Source of the DNA: an uncultured Clostridia bacterium
Lineage (GTDB): Bacteria > Bacillota > Clostridia > Oscillospirales > Acutalibacteraceae
Length of the DNA stretch: 25,209 bases
Reading direction: 5' to 3'
Assembly (NCBI GenBank): GCA_946497265.1
Contig: CAMMKL010000001.1
Span: 1 to 25,209 of the forward strand
Shown here: positions 8,694 through 17,280 of the stretch, piece after piece
How the letters are laid out: the number at the start of each line of letters is the position of its first letter
Numbering within the stretch: position 1 is the stretch's first letter
Program-made: the position numbers and the translations under genes
Notes under the pieces: model-generated
Seen by the model: the letters and a program-made list of their open reading frames with translations, nothing else
Told to the model about the DNA's origin: nothing
Database searches by the model: none

Positions 8694-8895
8694 TATTAAA
8701 ATAAAGTGAACTGACAAGCTATGAATTTTCTATTTTCTCATAAGACAAATTATCGGAGGAATCTGTAGAATAAATAAACGATAGCCCTTTGCCGTAAGGC
8801 TCCATTGAGTGTCCACATGACAGCGGGCGTCATTCTTTCTAACGGCATCCGGCACCGCAAAAGAACGGAAAGCCCTTGAAATCAAGCCATTTTGC

Positions 8896-8951
8896 AAAAA
8901 GAAAGCACCGCAACCTTGATACGCCGTGTATCAAAATTGCGGTGCTTTTTT
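8896..8951. terminator. Long nested hairpin or bidirectional terminator at the left edge of the tRNA-linked cassette
   Basis: AAAGCACCGCAA (8902-8913) / TTGCGGTGCTTT (8937-8948) enclosing TTGATAC/GTATCAA; A-run before and T-run after. Confidence 0.7.
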
Positions 8952-9027
8952 GGAAGCATTGATAAAAAAGATTCCTCTCTTATGGGGGAATAGTACAGTG
9001 AGAAGATGGTATGCCTATTAAAACTTT

Positions 9028-9678
9028 TCAATTTCCCTCCAGCTTAGCAACCGTATGATTGGCATAAGTTTTCCATGTGGGTTCATATTCCGATGTAGCC
9101 TGATTTCCCCACATATCCCATCCATTTCGCAGTCCCCGGGCGAACAATTCTATCCGAGGAGCTTGGCTGCATGATTCAATAATGGGGATGATCTCATCAG
9201 GTTTCCGACTGTGCTCTCGTTTCATTGTTCGCAGAATGTTGACTTGAGATCTGGCGGGAGCCAAAGTACGATTTGGAGCGCTCTTTTTTTTGATTCCAAA
9301 TAGGAGAAGTTCCGTAACATTTCTGAAATAGAAACCAACTCCTCGGCCATCCGGCTCTCCATCTTTCCGAACTTTTTCCCATACAATATTTGATTTGTAC
9401 TCAAACCCCCAGGCCTCCATCACTTCTAATCCAGCCGGGAGAAGCGCATTAGGAACCCAAAGGTATAGATGTGCCTTTTCTCCAGAGATTTCAGCAATGG
9501 GGAGGGCTTTAATATCTGCCAAAGGCATGGTCTCATAACGCATTAATTTTTTGTTTTCCGGCGCAACCTTTCCGGTCCTATTCTGAAATTGCCAAGGCGG
9601 ATCCGCATAGATAGTATTGTACTTTTTGCCTTGAGTAAACTGAAGTAAATTTCTATTAGTTGCTGATAAGTCTGTCAT
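9028..9678 (-). CDS. MT-A70 family N6-adenine methyltransferase
   Basis: N-terminal catalytic motif YNTIYADPPWQF, HLYLWV, WGFEYKSNIVWEK, YFRNVTELLLFG, EHSRKP, PRIELFAR (circularly permuted MT-A70 order). Overlaps the nuclease stop by 23 bp. Confidence 0.9.
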   Translation of the reverse strand: MTDLSATNRNLLQFTQGKKYNTIYADPPWQFQNRTGKVAPENKKLMRYETMPLADIKALPIAEISGEKAHLYLWVPNALLPAGLEVMEAWGFEYKSNIVWEKVRKDGEPDGRGVGFYFRNVTELLLFGIKKKSAPNRTLAPARSQVNILRTMKREHSRKPDEIIPIIESCSQAPRIELFARGLRNGWDMWGNQATSEYEPTWKTYANHTVAKLEGN

Positions 9679-10351
9679 ACCCTTCTACACATTCCTTTCC
9701 TATACCAACGGCCAATATTGGACATCCGCCATTCCGACGCGAATCAAGCCGATATATTAGCTTGCCAATCCAAGTAGTACTGGCACCGTACTTTTTCATT
9801 AGTGGATGGCCATGGCTGTCTGTTTCTGCTCGGAATATATCGTTCAGGCTTTCTGATCTTGTAACTATCACACCCACGTCAATCAATCCACAATCAAAAT
9901 AGGTTCTCATGGCCAGCAGGTCTCTATCAAACGTCTGATCCTTGCTGTTCCATTCCAAATCGAATGCAACTCGATTCTTCAAAAAATCAATATTATGGCC
10001 ATCAATATAGCCTTCAATGATCTCTGTTTCGAATGGCTTATTAGCGAATCTGCCTCGCCGCTGTGCAGTTAGACGGGGAAATTTTTTCACAGTTAAATCA
10101 CCGCTGATGCGGATCTCTCTCCACCCCAGCGGATATAAAATATCGTCAAATTTTTTGGGAATAGGAGATTCATTCCCTCCAGCTTTTCTAATATCCTCCA
10201 GAGTCAATCGTAACTTCTGTAGACATATTTTGAGTTCAGCCCATTCAAGCGGAAAGGCATCATGCAAAATTTCAAGTGCGTGTCCATAATTATAAAACTC
10301 AAATTTTTGAAGCAGATCACGATCTATGTATTTTTCATTTTCCTGTACCAC
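9656..10351 (-). CDS. BglII/BstYI-family restriction endonuclease-like protein
   Basis: GGNESPI, GWREIRI, HNIDFLKNRVAFDLEWNSKDQTFDRDL, GLIDVGVIVTR, closing CPILAVGI. GTG start after GAGGAGG. Confidence 0.78.
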   Translation of the reverse strand: MVQENEKYIDRDLLQKFEFYNYGHALEILHDAFPLEWAELKICLQKLRLTLEDIRKAGGNESPIPKKFDDILYPLGWREIRISGDLTVKKFPRLTAQRRGRFANKPFETEIIEGYIDGHNIDFLKNRVAFDLEWNSKDQTFDRDLLAMRTYFDCGLIDVGVIVTRSESLNDIFRAETDSHGHPLMKKYGASTTWIGKLIYRLDSRRNGGCPILAVGIGKECVEGYDRLISN

Positions 10352-10385
10352 AAAAATTCCTCCTCATTTGTGGCACGATAATGGT

Positions 10386-10410
10386 ACCACAATAGTTACT
10401 TATAGTCAAC
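10386..10410 (-). promoter_or_regulatory. Putative promoter of the nuclease-methylase genes, overlapped by a C-box-like site
   Basis: Minus strand TTGACT (10409-10404), 17 nt, TACCAT preceded by TGn. GTTGACTATAAGTAAC (10410-10395) overlaps the -35 and the controller stop codon. Confidence 0.55.
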
Positions 10411-10621
10411 GATATGGTTCGAAATCCCAAAACTCCTTCATGGAAACCTCTAGGGCATTTACAATTTTTTCAAAACTTAAGATGGTCACATTTCTTTTAC
10501 CAGACTCAACCCCAGCCAAGTATGTTCGGTCGATGTCCGCCTTCAATGCAAACTTTTCTTGAGAGAGATTTAAGCGTTTACGGAAGTATTTTATTCGATT
10601 TCCCACGTCATCGCAAATCAT
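10406..10621 (-). CDS. XRE-family HTH protein, R-M controller (C protein)-like
   Basis: 71 aa; GNRIKYFRKRLNLSQEKFALKADIDRTYLAGVESGKRNVTI; RBS GGAGG; directly upstream of the nuclease gene. Confidence 0.85.
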   Translation of the reverse strand: MICDDVGNRIKYFRKRLNLSQEKFALKADIDRTYLAGVESGKRNVTILSFEKIVNALEVSMKEFWDFEPYR

Positions 10622-10653
10622 ATGAATACCTCCTTAATTTATAAAATAATATC

Positions 10654-10684
10654 ATTATATCATTTTTGTTGACTATAGTACAAC
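10654..10684 (-). promoter_or_regulatory. Controller-gene promoter with a palindromic operator over the -35
   Basis: Minus strand TTGTAC (10683-10678), 18 nt, TGn-TATAAT (10659-10654). Near-palindrome GTTGACTATAGTACAAC at 10668-10684. Confidence 0.6.
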
Positions 10685-10762
10685 GGGCTTTAATTCACAG
10701 ATCAATCTTTGAAGAAAAAGCGAAAAGTTGATTTCTTGAGGCTCTTCCCGATAAAATGAAGA

Positions 10763-10804
10763 TAGGAGTATTGGACAGTCTAAATAAGCTGTTCAATACT
10801 CCTA
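10763..10804. repeat. 16-bp near-perfect inverted repeat just downstream of the tRNA
   Basis: TAGGAGTATTGGACAG (10763-10778) / CTGTTCAATACTCCTA (10789-10804), one mismatch. Confidence 0.75.
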
Positions 10805-10815
10805 CCTTTATTCCA

Positions 10816-10891
10816 TGGTGGACCCGAAGAGATTCGAACTCTCGACCTCCGCGATGCGAACGCGGCGCTCTCCCAACTGAGCCACGAGCCC
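10816..10891 (-). tRNA. tRNA-Ala(CGC)
   Basis: 76 nt: GGGCTCG acceptor stem with G3:U70, D-arm GCTCAGTTGGGAGAGC, anticodon arm CCGCG-TTCGCAT-CGCGG, T-loop TTCGAAT, encoded CCA. Confidence 0.97.
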
Positions 10892-10926
10892 AACTATATC
10901 GCTCTTCTATTTAGTGAGCGATAATT

Positions 10927-10955
10927 ATTATAACACTTAGTTTTTGGAATTTCAA
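10927..10955 (-). promoter_or_regulatory. Sigma-A promoter of tRNA-Ala
   Basis: Minus strand TTGAAA (10955-10950), 17 nt, TATAAT (10932-10927). Leader hairpin TATCGCTC/GAGCGATA lies between promoter and tRNA. Confidence 0.75.
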
Positions 10956-10963
10956 CTATTTTT

Positions 10964-11620
10964 TTAACTTTTTTTACTTTTTTCTCCGATGGTTTCTTGG
11001 GCATAGTCGCAAAAGCTTCTCATACAGCAGATCTCACAGTTCGGTTTGCGGGCGTCACATACCGCCCGCCCATGCAGAACCAAACGATGGCAGAAATCGT
11101 TGGATTCCTCCGGAGGAAGGGCGTCTCGCAGGATCTTTTCGATCTTGACGGCATCCTTTAATTTATGAAAGCCCAAACGGGAGGTCAGGCGGATGCAGTG
11201 CGTGTCTACCACAACAGCCGGTTTGTGAAAAACGTCGCCTACCACCAGGTTCGCCGTCTTCCGGCCGATTCCGGGCAGTTTGGTCAGCTCCTCAACAGTA
11301 TCGGGCATCACCCCACCGAAATCTTCTTTCAGCATCCGGCACATCGCTACAATGTCGCGCGCTTTGGTTTTATAAAGCCCGCAGCTTCGGATATCCTCCT
11401 CCACATCCTCCACTTTGGCTGCGGCGAAGGAGTCCAGATCCGGATAATGGGAAAACAGCACCGGCGTTACCAAATTCACGCGCGCGTCGGTACACTGCGC
11501 TGCCAGCCGGGTCGCGATCATAAGCTGAAGCGGATCGGTGTATTCCAGGGAGCAAATGGCGTCCGGGTATTCTTTTTTCAAGGCTTCCACGGCCAATAAG
11601 GCCCGTTGTTTATTGTCCAT
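10964..11620 (-). CDS. nth: Endonuclease III
   Basis: LAAQCTDARVN, HhH motif LPGIGRKTA (catalytic Lys), VDTH, C-terminal [4Fe-4S] motif CDARKPNCEICCMRSFC. Start placed at ATG 11620. Confidence 0.95.
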   Translation of the reverse strand: MDNKQRALLAVEALKKEYPDAICSLEYTDPLQLMIATRLAAQCTDARVNLVTPVLFSHYPDLDSFAAAKVEDVEEDIRSCGLYKTKARDIVAMCRMLKEDFGGVMPDTVEELTKLPGIGRKTANLVVGDVFHKPAVVVDTHCIRLTSRLGFHKLKDAVKIEKILRDALPPEESNDFCHRLVLHGRAVCDARKPNCEICCMRSFCDYAQETIGEKSKKS

Positions 11621-11719
11621 ATCGATATTTTCTCCTTCCATAATGCACAACCCTCTAAATTCAACGTATCGAAAAACGACGGTTTGGTGTACGGCACGTG
11701 ATTTTTCCGGGAAACGCGG

Positions 11720-12313
11720 TTATCCATGTTCTACGTCCTCCGAAAACTGTTTTAACGCTGCCTGCGCCGTGACACGGAGCGTTACGGTCAGGTAATGAAC
11801 ATGTTTTTTGTCATCGTGAACCTTTTTTTCATTTACCAGGCGGACAAAATCGACCAGATAGCCGGCTAAGGCCTCGGTGTAAAATCCGATTAAAAACGTT
11901 ACATAGTCTTCCGGCACGGCCAGGTCTTTGGCGTAGTATCCTACTGCGGCGCCCACGGCTTCCTTTAAATCCGAGATAAAGAAATTTTTAATTTCCGCCC
12001 GGCCGTATGCGTCCAAAATGCAATATCGGATGTAGGGGTTCTTTTGGACATAATCGACCAGGAAGAGGATGACGTCTTCCAAATCCAACAGTAAATCGTA
12101 TTGCCTCATGGCTTGGATGGCTTCCTGCTCCAGAATCCAGTGTACCAGGGCGTAGACGCTGTCAAAATGATAATAAAAGGTTTTCCGATTGAAACCACAA
12201 ATGTCCACCAGTTCCGTTACGGTTATTTTGGAAAGGGGTTTTTTCTCTACAGCCTGCTTCAAAGCGTCGGCAAAAGCCTGTTTGGTAATGTTGGACGCGA
12301 TGTTGTGTTTCAT
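11720..12313 (-). CDS. TetR/AcrR family transcriptional regulator
   Basis: KPLSKITVTELVDICGFNRKTFYYHFDSVYAL; RBS GGAGG; divergent from the MMPL operon. Confidence 0.93.
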   Translation of the reverse strand: MKHNIASNITKQAFADALKQAVEKKPLSKITVTELVDICGFNRKTFYYHFDSVYALVHWILEQEAIQAMRQYDLLLDLEDVILFLVDYVQKNPYIRYCILDAYGRAEIKNFFISDLKEAVGAAVGYYAKDLAVPEDYVTFLIGFYTEALAGYLVDFVRLVNEKKVHDDKKHVHYLTVTLRVTAQAALKQFSEDVEHG

Positions 12314-12689
12314 CCTGATCCCTCCAAAACAGATTTATTATAAAACATCCCTATGTGGAATGCAATATGAAATACCGGGCAGATGTCCGGAAAGCCCGGA
12401 CTCTACGGTCAATTTATGCGATTTGACCGTTTTTTACACATATTAGAGGAATTGTCCGTTTTATGCTTTGGCCTTGCCTGGTAAGCTTATGTCATAAGCA
12501 GAACCCAATCGGCGCGTTTGCCGTCTCCTTTGACAACTATGACGGAAGTTCGAAAATGCAGACGGATGTGGAAAGAAAACCTGACAAAGGTTTGACGCTT
12601 AGGGGCTACGGACGGAAGTGACAGGTGGGGATAGGGGCCAGGTGTCGCAATACAGGTTCTGTGAACATCAAAGAAAGGGAGTAGACGCC

Positions 12690-13016
12690 ATGCCGGAATA
12701 CTTTTACCGTATTACGATGGACACACCGTTGGGCCCCCGGTACGGCAAGGCCGGTTTGCAAGTAGTACAGGGCAAGGCCGACGGTTTTCTGGAATTGTTT
12801 AACCGGAAAGAACCGCTGACCGGCCGGGTGGACGAAAGCGGGAGTTGCAGGCTGCAGGGCAAGCTGGTTACCTTATTCCACACCATTCGATACACGGCTG
12901 TCGGTTTGATTGAAAAGGAACGCTTGTGTCTGAAGCTGCAGGGGCTTCTGCGTGGCGAGCCGGCGATCTTTCAGATTACCGGTGTTCCGGAAGGGAGGAA
13001 GGAAAAAGCAGAATGA
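12690..13016 (+). CDS. Small hypothetical protein, predicted all-beta, no signal peptide
   Basis: ATG 12690 after GAAAGGGAG; 108 aa; stop overlaps the MMPL start (ATGA). Confidence 0.75.
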   Translation: MPEYFYRITMDTPLGPRYGKAGLQVVQGKADGFLELFNRKEPLTGRVDESGSCRLQGKLVTLFHTIRYTAVGLIEKERLCLKLQGLLRGEPAIFQITGVPEGRKEKAE

Positions 13017-15106
13017 GAAGATTTTATACCGGTATCGTAAATCATAAGAAAACCGTGATCGCGGTTTTTCTGCTTGCTACTGTGATTTGCATTTTTTTAA
13101 GCGGCTTGGTGGAGGTCAATTATGATATTAACGATTATTTACCCCCGGATACCGCCTCTACCGTTTCCTTGGAAATTATGGAGGAGGAATTTGACGGAGG
13201 GATCCCCAACGCCCGCGTTATGGTGCGTGATGTCACAATCCCGCAAGCGTTGGAATATAAAGAGAGGTTAAAAGCCGTGGACGGCGTAACCGAAGTGGCC
13301 TGGCTTAACGATGTGGTAGATATCACCATCCCGTTGGAAACCATGGACCGTGATACGGTGGAAGCCTATTACAAAGACGGCACGGCCTTGTTTTCGGTGA
13401 CCATCGAAGAGGCCAAACGGCTCGACGCGGTAGAAGCTATCCGGGAGATCATAGGAGAAGACAACGCCATGACGGGAAGCGCTGTTTCAACGGCTACCGC
13501 CACGACCAACACGGTCTCCGAGATCCAAAAAATTGCTGCTTTTGCCGTTCTGTTCGTCCTGGTTGTATTGCTTTTGACCACCCGGTCTTGGTTGGAACCG
13601 CTGGTGGTGCTGGGCGGATTGGGGGTTGCGATCCTTATCAACAACGGGACGAACCTCATTTTTGGAGAAATCTCATTTGTAACCAACGCAGCGGGCAGTA
13701 TCCTGCAGCTTGCGGTATCTATGGATTATTCCGTTTTTTTAATCCATCGCTTTGAAGAATGCCGGAATCAAAATTCCAACGTAAAAGAAGCGATGGTTGA
13801 GGCTTTGTGCAAATCCACCGGTTCTATCCTGTCAAGCGGGCTGACGACGGTGATTGGTTTTCTCGCCCTTGTGCTGATGCAGTTCCAATTGGGCCCCGAT
13901 CTGGGGCTGGCGTTGGCAAAAGGAGTAGCGTTCAGCCTGGTTACGGTATTTGTTTTTATGCCTGCCTTTATCCTTTCTGTCTATAAGCTTTTGGACAAAA
14001 CGAGGCACCGCCCTTTTGTACCAAGCTTTCAAAAGTTCGGAAAGGTGGTATGCCGCGCCATGGTTCCGATGGTCTGCCTTTTTGTGGTGCTGCTCGCGCC
14101 CTGTTACCTGGCCTCCAATGCAAACCAGTACTATTTCGGTTCGAGCTATATGTTCGATGAGGGCACAAAGCTGGGCGCGGATTCGTCGGCGGTGGAAGAG
14201 GTGTTTGGAAAGAACGATACCTGGGTGCTGTTGGTACCTAGGGGGGATACTGCGACGGAACAGGCGCTTTCCAAAGAACTGCACTCCTTACCGAAGGTGA
14301 CCGGCATCATCTCTTATGTGGATGCAGCGGGCGCCGAGATCCCCACCGCCTATTTGGACGAAGGGACCCTTTCCCAACTGATGTCCGACCATTACAGCCG
14401 AATGGTGCTGACGTTGGATGTACCCAGCGAAGGAGAAGAGACCTTTGCGCTGGTAGAAGAAATCCGCTCGATTGCCGGGACTTATTATCCGGGCCAATAT
14501 TATCTGGCAGGGGAGGGGGTAAGCACCTATGACCTGATGGCTACCATTACGTCCGATATGCAGAAGGTCAACCTGGTTGCTATCGGCGCTGTTTTTCTGG
14601 TGCTCTTGGCGATGATGAAATCCCTTTCCTTACCGGTTATTTTGGTATTGAGCATTGAAACCGCCATATGGATGAACCTTTCCATCCCTTATTTTATGGA
14701 CTCAACCGTGTTTTACATCGCGTATTTGATCATCAGCTCGGTTCAGCTGGGGGCTACGGTGGATTACGCGATCCTATTTACCGACCGGTATCGGGAGTTC
14801 AGGCAGACCATGGAGAAAAAACAGGCGGTTGTGCAGACGGTCTGCGCAACCTCTACATCCATCCTAACCACCGGTAGCGCCCTTACTGTCGTTGGATTTT
14901 TGTTGGGATGGATCTCTACCAACAAGCTGTTGGCGCAGCTGGGCAACTTCCTGGGGGTGGGCGCTTTGTGTTCCTTGGCAATCGTCCTGTTTGTCCTTCC
15001 AGGATTATTAACGTTGTTAGACGGCATATTTTCCCGCAAACGGCGTAAGACGCATCGAAAAACACCCATCGTACAGGAGGTAACGGAAAATGAAAGCGTT
15101 TTATAA
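13013..15106 (+). CDS. MMPL/RND family transporter
   Basis: Two repeats of one TM, a soluble domain and five TMs. Conserved LAVSMDYSVFLIHRFEE and LGATVDYAILFTDRYRE (GxxxDY-type). Start placed at ATG 13013. Confidence 0.92.
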   Translation: MRRFYTGIVNHKKTVIAVFLLATVICIFLSGLVEVNYDINDYLPPDTASTVSLEIMEEEFDGGIPNARVMVRDVTIPQALEYKERLKAVDGVTEVAWLNDVVDITIPLETMDRDTVEAYYKDGTALFSVTIEEAKRLDAVEAIREIIGEDNAMTGSAVSTATATTNTVSEIQKIAAFAVLFVLVVLLLTTRSWLEPLVVLGGLGVAILINNGTNLIFGEISFVTNAAGSILQLAVSMDYSVFLIHRFEECRNQNSNVKEAMVEALCKSTGSILSSGLTTVIGFLALVLMQFQLGPDLGLALAKGVAFSLVTVFVFMPAFILSVYKLLDKTRHRPFVPSFQKFGKVVCRAMVPMVCLFVVLLAPCYLASNANQYYFGSSYMFDEGTKLGADSSAVEEVFGKNDTWVLLVPRGDTATEQALSKELHSLPKVTGIISYVDAAGAEIPTAYLDEGTLSQLMSDHYSRMVLTLDVPSEGEETFALVEEIRSIAGTYYPGQYYLAGEGVSTYDLMATITSDMQKVNLVAIGAVFLVLLAMMKSLSLPVILVLSIETAIWMNLSIPYFMDSTVFYIAYLIISSVQLGATVDYAILFTDRYREFRQTMEKKQAVVQTVCATSTSILTTGSALTVVGFLLGWISTNKLLAQLGNFLGVGALCSLAIVLFVLPGLLTLLDGIFSRKRRKTHRKTPIVQEVTENESVL

Positions 15107-17246
15107 AAAATTACTGGCCTGTTTCCTTGCCGCGGTTTTGACGGTATCGGCACTCCCTGCCGCCGCTTTTGCACAGGAAGAAAACACGCCGAAAGAGGAA
15201 GTGGTCTATGCTAATTTGAATGCCGACGGTTCGGTATCGGATATTTATGTGGTTAACAGTTTTGACCTGCCCCAAGGCGGGCGGATTATAGATTACGGAA
15301 ATTACACCGCCCTGCGGAACATGACTTCGACCGCTCCCATTGCGGAGGAGGACGGGACGATACGGATCGACGCCGGGGAAGATAAGCTTTATTATGAGGG
15401 GAGGCTGGATAACCGTGATATCCCTTGGGATATCTCCCTGCAATATTACCTGGACGGCGTGGAATGCCCTGCAACGGAGCTCGCCGGAAAAAGCGGGGGC
15501 TTGGCCATCTTACTTTCGTTCCGGAAAAATCCGGACTGCCGGGGGTCTTTTTTTGAAGACTATGCGTTGCAGGCTTCTTTGACGTTGGATACAAACCGTG
15601 CGGAAAACATTACGGCAAAAGGAGCGACGGTAGCTAACGTCGGTTCGGAAAAACAGCTTACCTATACCATATTGCCGGGGCAGGAATCCGAGTTTACCAT
15701 TACCGCCGATGTAACCGATTTTGAAATGGGCGGGATTTCCATCAACGGCATTCGGCTCAACATGGAGATAGAGGTGGACGACCAGGTTTTGATGGATCAG
15801 GTATTGGCGCTCCGGGATGGGATCGAACGCCTGGATGACGGCGCCGGGGATTTGAAGGAGGGGATCGCTGCCCTGGAAGAAGGCGCCGAAGGCAGCCTGC
15901 AAACCGGTGCGGACGAATTCCGGGATGGGGTCGGCCAACTGCATACCGGGACCGCCGGCCTGAAAGACGGGGGAAGCGACTTGCAGGCCGGCGTTACGGA
16001 TTTGCAGAAAGGCGCCGATACCCTCGACGGTGGCGCGCAGGATTTAAACGACGGTATACTATTGCTCGAGCAAGGGCTAAAAGAACTGAACGGCAAGTCC
16101 TCTGAATTGACGGCAGGTTCGGCGCAAATCAAAACGGCATTGCTGCAAATCCAGAATGCCCTAAACGGGGTTTCGGATACGTCCGCAGAAATACAAGCCC
16201 TGGTGGAAGCGTCCGCACAGATCAAATCCGGGATCCAGACCCTATCGGATGGTGTTTCCGAATTGCAGAAAAATGTGAGCTATGAGGCATACAAGGCGGT
16301 TATGCTGCGCAATGGGCTGGATCTCGACGAATTGGAAGAAGGCAACGGCACCGCGATCCAAAAACTCCGGTCTTTGCTCCAACTGTTGGAACTGCTGATG
16401 AATACTCCCGCGGCTGAGGCCTATTTGGATCAGCTTCAGGAGCTGAAAGGACAATTGGAACAAACCATTACGCTGCTTGAGGGCAACAACGCAAATATAC
16501 AGGGGACAAAAGAATACCTGACTGCGCTGAATACCAATATACAGGCTCTGTCAAACGGAGCGGCCGAGCTCAAAGAAAACTATGAAGAATTTGATGAAGG
16601 GATCGGCCGGCTTGCCGCTACGTTGGGTAATCTGCTTTATCAGATATCGGGTCTATCCCAAGGGATAGACACCTTGGTAGAGGAATACGCCAAACTGGAT
16701 GACGGTTTGAAGGAATATACCGGCGGCGTTGCGCAGATTGTGGCCGGTTACACTCAGATTACAAAAGGTTCCCGGATCCTAGTGGAAGGCAGCGGCGCCC
16801 TTCGGGACGGCAGCGCATCCCTTTATAGCGGGACGTCCGAGCTGTTGGATGGGATCATCGGCTTTTATGATGCGACCGGTACGCTGCAAGATGGAACGGG
16901 TCAATTAGAAGAAGGGGTTGCAAAGCTTCTTACGGGGGTTGCGTCCCTATATGACGGTTCCGGGGAATTAAAGGACGGGACCGCTGCACTGCGGCAAGAA
17001 ACCTCCGGCATGGATACCGAGATTTCCGAACAGATCGACGCTTTGTTGGAAAGCATTTCCGGTGGCGGCGATAAGACGGCTTCTTTTGTATCGGATCAAA
17101 ACACCAGGGTGCAATCGGTTCAATTTGTCATGAAAACGGACGGTATAGAGATCCCGGAGGCAGCGGTTCCTGATGCCGGGGAAGAGAAACCTTTGACCTT
17201 CTGGCAAAAGCTGCTGAAATTGTTTGGCCTGTACCACGAAGGATAG
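15090..17246 (+). CDS. Secreted long coiled-coil protein with x-x-x-L-x-x-G heptad repeats (YhgE/Pip-like repeats)
   Basis: Signal peptide MKAFYKKLLACFLAAVLTVSALPAAAFA-QE; runs such as LDDGAGDLKEGIAALEEG and LYDGSGELKDGTAAL; amphipathic tail FWQKLLKLFG. Overlaps the MMPL stop by 17 bp. Confidence 0.85.
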   Translation: MKAFYKKLLACFLAAVLTVSALPAAAFAQEENTPKEEVVYANLNADGSVSDIYVVNSFDLPQGGRIIDYGNYTALRNMTSTAPIAEEDGTIRIDAGEDKLYYEGRLDNRDIPWDISLQYYLDGVECPATELAGKSGGLAILLSFRKNPDCRGSFFEDYALQASLTLDTNRAENITAKGATVANVGSEKQLTYTILPGQESEFTITADVTDFEMGGISINGIRLNMEIEVDDQVLMDQVLALRDGIERLDDGAGDLKEGIAALEEGAEGSLQTGADEFRDGVGQLHTGTAGLKDGGSDLQAGVTDLQKGADTLDGGAQDLNDGILLLEQGLKELNGKSSELTAGSAQIKTALLQIQNALNGVSDTSAEIQALVEASAQIKSGIQTLSDGVSELQKNVSYEAYKAVMLRNGLDLDELEEGNGTAIQKLRSLLQLLELLMNTPAAEAYLDQLQELKGQLEQTITLLEGNNANIQGTKEYLTALNTNIQALSNGAAELKENYEEFDEGIGRLAATLGNLLYQISGLSQGIDTLVEEYAKLDDGLKEYTGGVAQIVAGYTQITKGSRILVEGSGALRDGSASLYSGTSELLDGIIGFYDATGTLQDGTGQLEEGVAKLLTGVASLYDGSGELKDGTAALRQETSGMDTEISEQIDALLESISGGGDKTASFVSDQNTRVQSVQFVMKTDGIEIPEAAVPDAGEEKPLTFWQKLLKLFGLYHEG

Positions 17247-17280
17247 GGGGATAGTCCCGCCTGTCAGAAGAGTACCTGAA

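Larger units (their letters stand above)
8954..10815. mobile_element. Small AT-rich genomic islet at the 3' end of tRNA-Ala carrying a putative restriction-modification cassette; no integrase
   Basis: Visibly more AT-rich than flanking genes, defence-type cargo, abuts the tRNA CCA end. The left boundary is inferred from composition and the 8902-8948 hairpin only. Confidence 0.55.

Noticed and set aside
8800-8830. GTCCACATG as an att duplicate of the tRNA 3' end
   Set aside because: Short, imperfect and in the opposite orientation to the tRNA, so it is not a direct repeat.
10816-10891. tRNA-Ala with CGC anticodon as an anomaly
   Set aside because: Absent from E. coli and B. subtilis but not exceptional in GC-richer bacteria; the structure and G3:U70 identity element are normal.
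12570-12650. Resemblance to a c-di-GMP-I riboswitch (AAACC...GG...GACGC...GCTACGG)
   Set aside because: The GCAAA before P2, the GNRA tetraloop, the AAAG after GACGC and the CTAA receptor are missing. An Infernal search would settle it.
15090-17246. Calling the heptad protein a phage receptor (Pip) or type VII secretion EsaA
   Set aside because: It shares only the repeat type. It lacks the C-terminal multi-TM region of YhgE/Pip, and no type VII secretion genes are in the window.
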